Assembly: GCA_001938485.1 (NCBI GenBank)
Contig: MQRK01238598.1
Location: forward strand, 1-57,102
Source: Girardia tigrina
Taxonomy: Eukaryota
Length of the DNA stretch: 57,102 nucleotides
Direction: 5' to 3'
The notes beneath the pieces are model-generated. The model was not told where the DNA came from. It did no database searches and saw only the letters and a list, made by a program, of their open reading frames with translations. Each line of letters opens with the position of its first letter. Position 1 is the first letter of the stretch. Below are positions 38,026 to 51,830 of this stretch, piece by piece. The position numbers and the translations under genes were made by a program.

Positions 38026-38556
38026 TAACCATTTCAGAGATATTAACTGATATAATTTGATAAATATATTTTTAAATGAAATATATATAAAAATTGCTTT
38101 ACGAAAAAAATAGATGAGAATAATTTGGGATTTAATAAAAAAATATTTCTGAGGAGAAATTTCCTTTCGTTTTCCAATTTAAAAGAATTTCCGGTCAAAT
38201 TAATCCTTTTCTTTTGAAATTTTAGAATAATTAAATTACTTAAAATAATTTAATTATAATGATAAAAGTAAGAAATAATTTACATTTAATAAAGAAATAA
38301 GAATATTTTGAATAATTTTTCGTTTGACAAAGATAAAAATTATGAAATGAAATTGTCTGATTGTCTGTAATTTGTTAGATTAATATTTTATTCGATAAAA
38401 AATAAATATAAAAATTGGTAAATATATTTAAAATTGAGATTTATTTAAAAAGAAAAAATAGTTTATTTTTTATTAAAGTTTGATTGTTTTTATAGGATGA
38501 GACCCTCATCTTTGAAAAGATAAGAATACACTTTTATGTTATTCGTTTATCTATGA

Positions 38557-38953
38557 AGTAACGGTATCGAATCGAGAGTGGACGGCCGGCTACCCTTGTT
38601 CGTGCGGAGTGTAGCCGGCAGAAAAGAGTGATCAAACGCTTCGACAACAACCGAGAACCCTGCACCTTGAGAGCTCGTCGGTCAGCGGGCTGCTTCGGAT
38701 CGGTACCGTGGCTAGTTCGAACCTATTCTCCGTCGTGCATTACTAACTGTGAAGCGATGGGTACCGCTCGGAATAGTGAGCAGTCTACTCGATCCTCTCA
38801 CACAACACCGGATAATCTCGCCGGTAGAATAATGTGTACCAGCAGTGTACCGCAGGTCGAAACTCAGCGGTATTGCGCTCAGTCGAATCGATTCAACCAG
38901 TCCGCATTTGAATGACGAAATAATTTCAATAATTCTTTAAGAAATATTGTACA
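38557..38953 (+). repeat. GC-rich structured, LTR-like repeat (copy A)
   Basis: Hairpins GCCGGCTAC/GTAGCCGGC, GGTACC/GGTACC, ACCGG/CCGGT, TACCGC/GCGGTA and ATTCAA/TTGAAT. Motifs shared with 4040-4345. Ends resemble (T)GTAAC...TGTACA. Confidence 0.7.
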
Positions 38954-39678
38954 AAATCGTAATGCATAACTTAAAATAATTTACAATGAAAAAAATTAAT
39001 TCAATTGGAGCGGAGAATTGCCAATTTTGACCGAACATTTATTTGCCAGTTTCAATGTATAAAATAAAAAAAATATGATTAAATAATTAAATTAGTAAAT
39101 TAAATAAATATAATTAAATAAATTAATTAATTAAAAAGAAAATTAAATATTATCGAAACGATTTTCTGTTGTAAATTCGGTGAAATAAAACCCGATGAAC
39201 TTTCATCAAATTCAACTTTTCGAAGTTCATTAAAACTAAAATAATGATTGTCGTCCGGCGGTGACAGGCGGTTGATTATGCAATCAATCAACGTTTTTTT
39301 AATTTCGTTGATTTGAACAAATTGCGAGCCTCCTTTTAAATAATGAATTAACAATGCCGCAATGTTATGATTATTAATCGATTTAAATCGATTAAATGAA
39401 GATCATATGATCTTCTTTGTTTTTTTTGAATGAGCCAATCGTGTGAATTGTTTTTCTCAATGTGAACCTGCGTGTAAAAATTGTGAAAGTATTGTGTGTT
39501 ACCTGTGTATGTGTTCAGTGAGGATGAGAAATTTTGATTTGATTAAAGGAGTTTGTTTGTATGTGCTCCAATTTTGTGTAAAGGAGTTTTAATCACAATT
39601 TAAAAAAAGGTTTGTCAATTTCAAAAAATAAAGGTCTCGTGTTTTTTTGCTCTGCTTTTGAACAATTAAAAAAAATAA

Positions 39679-40392
39679 ATGTCATTAGTTACCGATAAAA
39701 TTGCAAAGGAAACAAAAATATATTATTCCGACGTGTCTTATCCTTTGCGTGTGTTTTGTGAGAGAATAAATGTCTCTGCTGTCAACTTTCTGATTGGAAA
39801 GGGTGCCGATCTTAATTCTGATGGCTTACACCACCGGAGACCGTTGTGGTGGGCGGTTTGGAATCAGAACGAGCAAATAGTTCAATTATTGGTGAATAAA
39901 AATTGCGAAATAAATTTTGTCGAAAAAGAAACTGGCCTCACACCATTAGATCTTGCGGTTTCTTATGGAAACTATCGAATTTGTCAACTGTTATTGAGTG
40001 CCGGTGCAACTTATTACCCTCACAACCTTTTATATTGCTTCGTTGAAAATTATATAAGTATCAATGACGATAAATTTAAAAGCAGTAATTATCGTAAACA
40101 AAATAATCTACCAAATATCGATATTATTGCATGTTGTGAAGATACTGAGAATATAAAAGATTCTGATGACCAAAATAATTCCGTAAAAATCGATTTAACA
40201 ATTTCCAGCGATACTAAGACTGTATGTGTTAGTGAAGACTCTTGTAAATTTGAATTGCGTAAACGAGATGGAATTCCGCTCATTGTTTTGCTTAATAAAA
40301 TGAAATGCATCTTTCAACCGACATGTAAAATAAGAAATAATTATTCTCTGTCCAAAATATCATGGAGACAGGGAATCCTGACCATCAATTAA
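39679..40392 (+). CDS. Ankyrin-repeat protein (three ANK repeats), single exon, possibly ASB-like
   Basis: 237-aa ATG-initiated ORF: PLRVFC..AVNFLIGKGADLN, RPLWWAVWNQNEQIVQLLVNKNCEIN, GLTPLDLAVSYGNYRICQLLLSAGA. A-rich context before the ATG. Confidence 0.8.
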   Translation: MSLVTDKIAKETKIYYSDVSYPLRVFCERINVSAVNFLIGKGADLNSDGLHHRRPLWWAVWNQNEQIVQLLVNKNCEINFVEKETGLTPLDLAVSYGNYRICQLLLSAGATYYPHNLLYCFVENYISINDDKFKSSNYRKQNNLPNIDIIACCEDTENIKDSDDQNNSVKIDLTISSDTKTVCVSEDSCKFELRKRDGIPLIVLLNKMKCIFQPTCKIRNNYSLSKISWRQGILTIN

Positions 40393-41460
40393 AAAAATTT
40401 TTAGTATTTGATTTTCCTTTGATTTTGTTCCATGATAAAGTTAATTAAAAGTATATAAATATACACTGATTTACTTCTCCCATTGTACATATTAACCAAA
40501 GGGTTATATTGCCTGATTAACAACGATTCACAATCTCTCCAGGTGTAAATGACTATTTCTTAGAAAAATAAAGAACTCTTTTGAAATGGACGAGGTTTAA
40601 TGTTGTCTTATAAATATAAAATATATCGACTTGTGTTAAAACTTCATGAAGTTTTGAATTTTTAATGAAATTTGAAATTGGACCTTCGTTTCCACATGAT
40701 ATGAGGAAATTGATGTCCATCAACTTTTTTTACAATTTTTTGTATGATTTTTGATAATAAATTACATATTTAATTTAGGAAAACAAGTAATATTTTAGAC
40801 ACAATTTTTTTTCTATAAAAATTAAAATAAGAAAATTAATAAAATAAATTATAAATTACATTTTTTAATGAAGAAAAAAATTAACTTTTGTTTGTTTTTT
40901 TGTTGATTTTTTAACATCAATTTGACATTAATCGTAACAAAAATGTCATCTGATTTGTTATAATTAAATTAACATTTAACCCATTATTTATTCGTTAATG
41001 AATTGTCAAAGATTAATGTTATTCTTAACATTTCTTTATTTCTTATCTCTTACTACAAATTTAAAGAATTTATTTTCAAAAAAAACAAATAATGATCATC
41101 AAAAAGCGATATGTTTTAAAATACAAAATATTCTATTCAATAAATCTAAAGATTTTATATATTTGTGGAAGAAAATTATTTTTTCAGTATTCAATTGTAA
41201 AAGCTAATTTAAAAATTTATAATTGAAAAAAAAGGTTTCTCTTTTTAATTTGTTTCTTTCATTTTTTTTCAATATAAAAAGATAAAAGTTTTGTGTAATA
41301 TTTAAACAAAATATTACAAAATAAGCTTTTGATAATTGAGTCTATATTACCAAATATATCAAATTCTTTTTTTTAATTACAGCGATTTATTTATTTAACA
41401 AAATTATTTATTTATAAATAGTTTTCTTTAAAAATCATGGAAATAAATTATAAATAATTA

Positions 41461-42740
41461 CAGTATGATTCATAAGTCCGTTCACCGCCCTTATTTGTTG
41501 AGAAAAAGATCAAATTTTTAACAAAACATTTATTACGTGGAACTTTCAATACTTAGTTGAATGTCCTTTCATGTCCTTCATCATTTTTAATCGCCTAGGC
41601 ATGGATTCAACAAGACTTTTACAATAGTCTTTTGATTGTTCGTACCATATTTTTTGAACAGTCTTTAATTTCCTTTTTAAAAGTCCCCATACATTTTCGA
41701 TAGGATTTGCCTCTGGTGAATTGCTTGGCCATGGTAAAAGGTCGACTTCCTTCTTTTTTTTAAGAAATTAAATGTCGACAGTGTACAATGTGGTGGTGCA
41801 AGATCTTGCTGAAAAATGAATTGTTGTTTTTTGAAATACCAAGCACTTTCCAATAATATCAATGTCATGTATTATAGTTTCCTGGTACATTTGAGCATTC
41901 ATTGAACCTTCTACTTTTCTAAGAAGACCTACCCCGTTTGCCGAAAAGCACCCCTAGACATGAACTTTGGCTCCGTGGCTCATGGTTTCATGGATATTTC
42001 CGAGTTTGAGCCTTTCATTTCTAGTTCGTCTGATCCAACGTCTACCACGACGATTATAACATTGGAAAATGCATTCATCGCTAGATATAACAGAATACCA
42101 AGTTTCTTTATCCCAATTTTGATATAATAAAGACCACTGCATTCTTTTTTCTCTCTGTTTAGCGGCAAGGAAAGGTTTTTTTACAGCTTTGAATGCTCGT
42201 ATTCCATATTTCTGTAAAATCCTTTCGACTATCGACTTACTTATGGCTACTGAAGAAGAAGAATTAAATATCCTTGTAATATTTAACGTGGAAATATCAT
42301 TGTTTAAACGACTTATGCGTTTAATAACTCTTTCTGATCTGACGCTTAGTTTATGAGGTCTGCCTCCACGTGGCTGATCTTTCACTTCTCCTGTTTTTAA
42401 ATACTTCACCCATATTTTTTTGCATTCCACGTTTTGAAATATTTCTATTATATCTTGTAAGTAGATCGACCTTTATTTTATTCCATGTACTTCCTGTATT
42501 TTTAAGCACAACAATCAATCCACGCTCAAATTCACTGAATACTCTTTACATTTAATTTATCTAAAATTTAAAAAAATAAGTCATTAATGAAAATTTCAAT
42601 ATTTAACATATAAATTCAAATATGTAGCATAAAAAAAACTATATATAAACAAATATTCAAAATTAATATGACGTCAAATTTTTAGTTAGAAAATAAGTAA
42701 TCAAAATATGAGGGGGTGAACAGACTTATGAATGATACTA
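41461..42740 (-). mobile_element. Near full-length Tc1 (DD34E) transposon, frameshifted
   Basis: TA|CAGTATGATTCATAAGTCCGTTCACC ... GGTGAACAGACTTATGAATGATACTA|TA. GGRPHKLS, KKPFL, ISSDEC, FQQDLAPPH, WPSNSPEANPIENVW. Confidence 0.95.
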
Positions 42741-45300
42741 TATATATATACGAAAATCCCATCATCCGGTCAATATACATCATGTATTAAACTAACACAT
42801 TATACGAGAGTATACAATAATTACAAACACTTTACCAATAAATCACTAGTTAAAATGAATTTATTTCATTTGTCTAAAAAATTAACCAAACATACACTAA
42901 ATACGACCAATTACATTTTCGCAAACCTGTCATTGGTAGAAATCAATGCCGTTTGATAAAATGATATGTTTACTTTATTGTTCTGCACTATACAAAGTAT
43001 TGGATACAAAAGTTAAGAAACCAATTGACACAAACCAAAAGCTAATCTTTCAGATGAAACGTCTTATACTCAATGCAATCAACTCAATTTTATTCCTCAC
43101 ATCAAACTCAAAATAATCCGAAATCTCATCGATGCAATTCGACTGAGATGTCCTTCCAGATGGCAATTTCAGAGTACAGTGTTCTCTCAACTATTCCAGG
43201 TTTGAACTAGTGACATTCAGTCAATGCAAGAATAACACACACCGAAAAGATACATTTCGTTTTGAATTTCTTCTTTCATTCTTAATGGTTCACAAAATCA
43301 ATGATTTTATAGTCACAATGTTAACATGGCAAAGTAAAATCTAAATGCAAATCTACATACAAGGATAAAATTATTATATAATCCAGTATAAATTGTTAGT
43401 TTAGTACATGGTGTGGATTGACCTGATGATATGATTATTATCTCAAAAAGCGTCGGTTTCTTTTTATCCCGTGTAAATAAATTTGTATATGGATTTTACT
43501 TTACGATCTGAATCATATTTTAATTAACTATTTTTTTTTAATTTAAAACCAATAATTTATTAATTTAAAAAAAATATATTTATTGTCCTATTTCCTATAA
43601 AAGAGAAAAAAATTTTTATATCTTCAACAAATATTATTTATTTTTCCAAACAGAATTCTGGGATTACAATTAGGAAACAATCTTCACCAATTAATTTAAT
43701 GGGATATGCAAATTGACTTTATTATTTTTTAATATTTATATCAAAATTTTCCAATGTTAATAATATCCAAATTCTGTTTATAATTTTAGAAACCATTACG
43801 TTTGATTTTGAGTAAAGGAATTATTATAAAACATTTAATAAATAAATGTTACATTAATTTTCAAATACTAAAACTCTAAAGTTAAAAGAAATTAAAAATG
43901 TGTAAAAATAAACAAAAAAGGAAACAAAACATCAAGTTAATTCAAAAATACATCTTCTTGCAACATCCTCTTTGTTTCTATTTTAATTACAAATTTGTTT
44001 ATTCTTTCTCTTATTACCATGTACTTGCACGCTCTATGCAAGTTTTCAACTGCCTAGATTCTTAAAACATTTGCTGACTGTGTTCTTCTTTGAATGTGGA
44101 CATTCTAACACCAAAGTCACCATCTATTCAGAAGTTATTTATACCTAAAGCAAAATTAATATCGACCTCTATAAATCTAAGTCTGATTTTCGAACATGGA
44201 AAGCTTGATTTTTCGGATTTCAGAGATGTATTGAAATTTTTTCCATAATTCCTCAGAATCCAGTTTTTAATATCCGTCCGTAGGAATATTAATGTCGATT
44301 TCTTTAGTAAAAAAGAGATTTTAGATTTCTTAATTTATCAAACTATTGACATTTGAAAAATCAGATGCTAACATTAATGTTGGTCAAATGTTCGTTTTCA
44401 AGTTCCCTTGAAAATATTTATCTTAGTCAAAGGAAATTTAATACGATAAATTAAACAAATTAATGATCATATATTAATGATATATATATATATATATATA
44501 TATTAATAATCATAATCGAAAGTAAATTGATAGTAGTAGTGCTCAACCTGGAAAGAAGAGCTTAAATGGTAAAGTTGATATTAGTTATTTAGAGATTTTA
44601 TTCACAATTCAATAATTACTAGGAGGGTATGATGCGTGGAAAATTGTTGATCAAATCTTTTAATACTAAAATCAATGTGCAAAAACCATCTTCTGCAACT
44701 TTATTGAAAGTACTTTTATAATTTAGAAATAACATAATTATACAAAACTATTATCTTAAGCACGGTGTCACTCCATCGGTGATATAGTTGTTGCTGTGAA
44801 ACACTACTTTCGTATGCTTTGTTTGTGTATGTGATTTTCTTTCTTCTGCGTTTGTACAAAGTCTTGGATTGATTAGTTGTCCTTTGTACATAGTGATTCT
44901 TGTGCATGAGAAACGTGATGTATTTGTATGATTATGTGTCGTGTTTTTTATTTTTATTTCCTAAGAAATTTAGGGCAGTTGCCAGAAAATTCATGAAAAG
45001 ATTTGGCTAACGTGTCAATTGTTTAACTAACTTCGAATTTTAAAATCAAATTTCAGTGAAAAATTTTGTTGGAATTAAGTGTTATTCTTAATATATTGCA
45101 AATTGTTGTCGAAAAATCAGATAAATGAAATTAATCCTTTCGGAATCGGGTTTCGCAAACAGCGTAGAAAAGAGAGAGTTTTCTGTCGAGAATACTTGCG
45201 ATAAACTACTGCTTTTTATAACGAACCCGATTAGAATCGATCAGTATCGAAGAGAAAATTCGAGTCAAGAAATTTGTCTCTGGAAATCGCCTGACATTCT

Positions 45301-46185
45301 NNNNNNNNNNNNNNNNNNNNNNNNNNNNNNNNNNNNNNNNNNNNNNNNNNNNNNNNNNNNNNNNNNNNNNNNNNNNNNNNNNNNNNNNNNNNNNNNNNNN
45401 NNNNNNNNNNNNNNNNNNNNNNNNNNNNNNNNNNNNNNNNNNNNNNNNNNNNNNNNNNNNNNNNNNNNNNNNNNNNNNNNNNNNNNNNNNNNNNNNNNNN
45501 NNNNNNNNNNNNNNNNNNNNNNNNNNNNNNNNNNNNNNNNNNNNNNNNNNNNNNNNNNNNNNNNNNNNNNNNNNNNNNNNNNNNNNNNNNNNNNNNNNNN
45601 NNNNNNNNNNNNNNNNNNNNNNNNNNNNNNNNNNNNNNNNNNNNNNNNNNNNNNNNNNNNNNNNNNNNNNNNNNNNNNNNNNNNNNNNNNNNNNNNNNNN
45701 NNNNNNNNNNNNNNNNNNNNNNNNNNNNNNNNNNNNNNNNNNNNNNNNNNNNNNNNNNNNNNNNNNNNNNNNNNNNNNNNNNNNNNNNNNNNNNNNNNNN
45801 NNNNNNNNNNNNNNNNNNNNNNNNNNNNNNNNNNNNNNNNNNNNNNNNNNNNNNNNNNNNNNNNNNNNNNNNNNNNNNNNNNNNNNNNNNNNNNNNNNNN
45901 NNNNNNNNNNNNNNNNNNNNNNNNNNNNNNNNNNNNNNNNNNNNNNNNNNNNNNNNNNNNNNNNNNNNNNNNNNNNNNNNNNNNNNNNNNNNNNNNNNNN
46001 NNNNNNNNNNNNNNNNNNNNNNNNNNNNNNNNNNNNNNNNNNNNNNNNNNNNNNNNNNNNNNNNNNNNNNNNNNNNNNNNNNNNNNNNNNNNNNNNNNNN
46101 NNNNNNNNNNNNNNNNNNNNNNNNNNNNNNNNNNNNNNNNNNNNNNNNNNNNNNNNNNNNNNNNNNNNNNNNNNNNNNNNNNNNN
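45301..46185. other. Assembly gap (N-run)
   Basis: 885 N. The 369- and 312-aa ORFs over it are artefacts. Confidence 1.
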
Positions 46186-46419
46186 AGGTATAAAATTTCT
46201 CACGTCTAGAAAAAAATTATTTTCCTCTTTTTAGTGCATTGGTAATGCTTGAAAAACGTGGTTGTTTTTATAAAAAATTTTTTTTATTAATAATATTATT
46301 TATTTATTTGCAAGTAAGATTTGCTATTTCGTAACTGTCGAAATAGTAAATTTTACAGTTGCTATTATTTCAAATCATATTCATATTCCCGATTCTACAA
46401 AAGTATTTCTTAAAGAAAA

Positions 46420-47520
46420 CTTATTTTTTATTAAAGATCAAGCAATAAATATCCGGAACATAACTCAACAAATAATAGCGGAGATGTCCGTTGGAGTTCC
46501 TTCAGTGATTAATGCACAATCAAGAGAATCAATGCTCTATACAATGTATCATTTAATAATGAATCCTTTATATTGTATGACAATATTGATTCAAATAACC
46601 GTATTATATTTTTTTCTATATCAAAAAATTTGAATCTTTAATCTGAATGTAAACATGGGTATGTTGACGGTACGTGTAAAGCAACACCCCATTTATTACC
46701 ATCACTTGTATACAATTCACGGAATTCAGTATAATAATATATAATAATATGCTACCATCCGTTTTTCTTTTACTTCTCAACAAAAGGGAAAAAACATATA
46801 TACAGGCATTAACTGTCTTGATAACTTTGAGTCAAAATTTATACCCAAGATCTATTATGTGGGATTATGAAATGAGATCTATTAATACCTTTGGTCAAAC
46901 ATTTTCTTTGGCAAAAATTCATGGTTATTTTTTTCATTTCAATGTTTGTGGAGTTGTATTCAAAATCGTCCACAAACTGTATATGATTATAAGATGAATC
47001 CAATGTTTTTATTACATGTACGGATGTTGGCAGCAATAGCATTTGTACCTGAAAATCATGTCATTGTGACATTTGAAACATTGTGTGGATCGGAATATTA
47101 CTCTGAAAATGAAGTCATATTAAATCCGATAATATTTTATTTTGAAGATACTTGAATTGGTCGATCGCAAATGAGGAATAGGCGTAAAAGTCCACTACAT
47201 CTTCATAGATATATAGAGTTGCTACAATTCAGTAATGCACGGACTTCCAAAAAATAATAATTCGGTTGAAGGTTGGCATCGAGCATTTAACGAGCTTTTT
47301 ATTTCAAATCATCTAAATATTGCGCGTTTTATTGATATGCTGAAGCATGAAGAAAGCCTTAATGAATTAAAGATTAACCAGTATATTGGTGGACAACAGC
47401 CCCTTTTAGGAAAAATATAGGGACAGGGCACAAAGATTATACAGAATAGTAGCTATTTACAATAATGCATTAATGTTAAATTATTTGAAGGGTGTGACAA
47501 GTAAAATTCATTTGAACGTT
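46420..47520 (+). pseudogene. MULE transposase pseudogene (DDE domain and C-terminus)
   Basis: VDGT.K.TP, LYTIHG, LPSVFLLL, IMWDYE, GYFFHF, RMLAAIAFVP, YFEDT, LPKNNNSVEGWHRAFN. Confidence 0.9.
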
Positions 47521-48899
47521 TAATAATAAAATATTGAAGCATTAAACTTTTTTGGTAAATAAAAATGGATTTATAAAATGCGTTTGTTTTGAATATTGAA
47601 TATAAACAGTTTTTATTTATTATTCTTTGTTTTTATACTAAGTTATTATAATTCATATATTATATTTAATTTATTTTAAGTAACAATTCTAATTTTTATT
47701 AACTTTTTTAAACATTTTTGACCAGTTACATTTTTACCATGATATTTTGACGTGGAACTTATTTGGATACATAAATGGAAATATATCATTAAGTTTAGTC
47801 TAAAGATGACGGTTGATCCGTGGAAATTGATAACTATAATTTATGATGAGCATTTTGGTATTTTAAAAACAATCTGTCAGCACTATTTAAATATTTATAT
47901 AAATTTTATTATAAAATATAATTTTTTTCTCCTTCAAACCAACTATGTAAAAGTTGAAATTACTTTCAAATGGCATTTTTTGTTTTTAATTTACATCAAT
48001 TTGTTGTAATAAATTTTGTTAATTAAAAACTATTAAAAATTCAGTTGGATTTTCGGTTGTTGTAAATTGTTTATATTAAATATAATTAAATTTCATGAGT
48101 TAATCAAATATATACAGAACAAATTTTATTTGCGAAAATTATGTTTAACGCATTTAATTTTTATAATAAAGAAATTTAATATTGTAACTCATACAAAAAT
48201 CTTTTTAATTGTTTTATTCAGTAGATTTATTTGATTTTATTCACGAAAAATATATTTCAGAATTTTTTGAGTTTATTTATGCATAAAATTGTATTACAAA
48301 ATTATATTATATTAAAATAAAAATAAAATATTTTCCTAATTGGAGTCTTCATTGCGCTAAGAAATTTTGTAATAAAAATTTAGTAGAAACGTAACTTCTT
48401 AAAGTAAGCGTGACGACAATAACTACAAATGACAAGTTAGAGTATCTTCTGAAATATAAATAATATATATATATACATTTATAGCAATTATAATGTAATA
48501 TTTGTTGGTTTTAATGTTAGTTTTAAGTGGATGATTTTTTTACTCATTTTACTTATCCTCACTATTGGATAATAATTGCAATATTTTCTTAAATTTGGTC
48601 AAAGATTTGAAGATTTAAAGAGGTTTTACTTTGTCTATTTTGAATGTTGGTCGTATAATCTTACAAATAATGATTAACAGAACTATCGTTCATTATGTGA
48701 ATCAGAGCACTTGTGCATAACATTAAACTCCTTTTTATTTGAGTACATAATATGTCCAGTGTAACCTTAATGTTGTGATATATCTGTTTGTGTACATGTT
48801 GTCACTCAAGTGTCCTCAAACAATTTAAATAAATTAATAAATGATTCCCTTAAAATTAACTTTTTATAAAGCAACTATTAAAATTTAAAAATATTAAAT

Positions 48900-48948
48900 T
48901 ATAATTGCTGATGATGGAATACGAAATTCCGAAAAATATTGAATAATC
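48900..48948 (+). ncRNA. Minimal hammerhead ribozyme in a solo Penelope pLTR remnant (slightly decayed)
   Basis: CTGATGA-T-GGAAT-ACGAA-ATTCC-GAAA-AATATT, preceded at ~48830-48870 by a PLE-like ORF end (NKNDSLKINFL*). Stems I and III have mismatches. Confidence 0.55.
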
Positions 48949-49024
48949 GAATTCTTAAAGAAGCTTTAAAAAATATTTTTCAAAAATATGAAGTTAGCGT
49001 TCACAAGGCTCAATAATATACGTT

Positions 49025-49755
49025 TTGGTGACACTTTATCACTGCGATACTTTATCACCAATAATTTACCTAATAGGTAGAATTGGAATCATTTTCATGA
49101 TTTAATCTTTTCCCCATCAAACTTATTGTTGTAATGCCCGTAACATTGTTTGGTCTAATGTACATTTATAAATTATTTTGATATTTTAAATTCATCATTA
49201 AAATAATTCATGATATTAATTTGAAGCAGCGTTTCCTATTACTACAATAAGCGGTTGTTACTTTCATTTATGTCAGAGCGTGCTTTGAAAAGTTCAAGAA
49301 ATTTAAAAGAATCCAGCTTATGGATTTAATGATACTTTGAATCGAGATGTTCGTTGTTTACCAGTTTTCATCCTATACTTTTGCAAAAGCATTTTATTTA
49401 TTGGATGATGGCATGCCTGATCATACAAATATCTTATCTATTTTGAGCGGACTTATATAAGAGGAATGCGTCAATGCCAACACCAAACATAATGGATATT
49501 TTTGCAAGATATTTGTAAAAATATACAAATCCAAATAAAATTATTTTTTGCATTGAATTTCGGGTCTTTAGTCAGCGAATACCGTTAATTTTTACTCATA
49601 CAGAGACACTTTGGTCTATCTGAATTCTATTGCCAATTTATATTGTGTTTAATAAAAAGTTAATTAAGAATCTTTTTCTTTATTGTTTCATTATTTTTAG
49701 TACGTTTATTTTTAAAAAGTGATAAAGTGTTGTGTGATAAAATGTCCGTACACCA
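49025..49755 (-). mobile_element. MULE-like deletion derivative with imperfect TIRs
   Basis: Left GACACTTTATCAC..ATACTTTATCAC versus right GTGATAAAGTGTT..GTGATAAAATGTCC. Internal RPNNVT..YNNKF resembles the MULE RTNN motif. Confidence 0.5.
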
Positions 49756-51469
49756 TAATATACATATAATTTTATAGGATTGTGTAAACATTGTGATTCT
49801 CAGATATGATCAAATCTAAGATTCTTTTAAATGAGGGACCATATACCGTCATAGAGGAGTTATAAACTGGAGGATATAGATAAAAACAACTAGTGATAAA
49901 TATCAAAATTTTCAAAAATTTTAAAGAAAGGGAGGAATGTTAGGAACTCAAGAGCTAGTTAGAAAACCTTTGAATATGCAGATTATTTGACTTACTAATT
50001 TTTGTATACTTGGAAATTAAATGTCATTTGAAATAATTAATCAAAGTTATAAAATAAGTTTGAAGAATTTTCTTCTGAGAAGAATTAGACATATGGCAAT
50101 GTTAATTTAATTCATTTGACCAAGAAAGTAACTTAATTTTATTAGCAAATAAAAGAAATGTTTCGTAGAAACTAAAGATTTTATTAAGCAAAATATTATT
50201 TATTTTGTTCTTTAATCTTTAGCCAACTTTCTGAAAACTTCATTGTCTAACATGCGATAAACATCATATCTATAAAAGGACGTTCCCTACCGTTTCTTTA
50301 AAAAATATTCGTAAGTTGTACGTTACTTTAAAGTTATGATATTTTTAAAATTTAAAAAAATATATTATACAAAATAAAACAAGTATTTATGTTTCAAAAT
50401 TAATAAAAATATCTTAATAACCATTCACCTGATTTTATTTTCTATTAGGTTAATAAAATATTTTGAGAAAATTATTTTTTAAAACGAAACTTATTAATAA
50501 TGTTCAAATTAATTCCGGTGAGATTTGAATCAATCAAAGAAGTTATTTAAAATCGAGACAAGAAGAAAGTTGTCGAAAAATGAGATGGAAGTCAAATTTT
50601 AAAATCTTCAAAATATATTTTATATATATAATGAATTCTTGCAAAAGTCTCAAGTTAGTTAATTAAGCGAAAAATATTACAATAACTTTGATTTTAACAA
50701 ATATACTTAAAAATTAATAAATTAGTTAATTAGGAAAGAATATTAATTGATTAATCTTTAAAATAAATATTTATTAATTGTCCTAAAAAATTTGATTGAC
50801 AAGAAGAATGACAAAAAATATCTGAAATAAAGTTTAATTAAAAATAATGAAAAATATTTGTATTTATGGATGAGTTACTATATTTATTTATTGAACTTTT
50901 GGAAATTTTATTTTCTAGACAATTATTTACAATATGTCAAAAGATTATAGAATTCTCTTTAAACTTTATTTCCTAAAAAATATTGAAAAATAATGAATAT
51001 TGTTTATTTAACAAAATAAGTGTTATATATACTTAAATCATTTAGAATCGTGTCATTTATTCAAAACGTATGACATTTAAATTCACCAAATTTTTAATAC
51101 TTCTTCGCCATTTGCATTCCAAATAATGACTTTTACACAAAATTACTTATGTTATTTGACTATCTAATTTTTTAAATGAAATATAAATAACAGCTTGACA
51201 AATAACCACATTGAGGTGGCAATGAAAGAAGCCTTATGATTACCAGTTGACTTACCTAGTTCTTATAAAAAAGTTGGTTTATTCTATTAAACCATTTATC
51301 AAAAATATCATTTTCTTAAAGAGTCCATATGACAGTACATTCATCAGAAGTAAACGAAAAATTTTCATTGATTAAAAGTTATAAATAATGATTTAAAGTT
51401 ATTTTATTGAAATAAATTTTAAATTGTGACTTAAATTCATAATTAGAAACAAATCAATCAGTGTTTCAT

Positions 51470-51830
51470 TACATACAATTTATAATTTGAATGTAATCTC
51501 CACATACATTGGAGAGACGGTTCGTCATCTCTGTAAACAGGTTCTGGTGCATAGACAATTAAGAGGTTGTAGTAATATTTCTGAAAAAACTCTGTAAAAC
51601 TACTGTTTGAATTCATAGTATTAAAGTATTAGATAGAAAATTTTTTATTATTTAGAAAATCTCTTGTGAAGCATTAATAATTGAAGCGACTAATCCAACA
51701 ATTAATGACCAATCAAGTGACTCATCAAGTTTGGTGAAAGTATTACATAATTCATCATGTAATCATCATTGAACATATATAAGTTTAAAGGTGACCGGAC
51801 TTTTCCGGAGATATTAGACGGAAAATTTGT
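51470..51830 (+). mobile_element. Decayed Penelope 3' end (GIY-YIG plus pLTR)
   Basis: TYIGETVRHLCK, EALIIEATNPTINDQ, followed by a hammerhead-like relic with a CCGGA-CTTT-TCCGG stem. Confidence 0.65.

Noticed and set aside
38830-38900. SRP RNA or group I intron identity for the structured repeat
   Set aside because: CAGGTCGAAA and ACCAGCAG resemble single motifs, but their order and partner elements (SRP helix 8 AGCAG, group I P7 pair) are missing.
38628-38915. 95-aa ORF in the GC-rich island
   Set aside because: GTG start, no motifs and not conserved in the homologous copy at 4040-4345; better explained by GC content.
42850-44450. Possible LINE remnants on the minus strand
   Set aside because: Only faint motif resemblance; too degraded to support without an alignment search.
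45125-46234. 369-aa and 312-aa ORFs
   Set aside because: Open only because of the N-gap.
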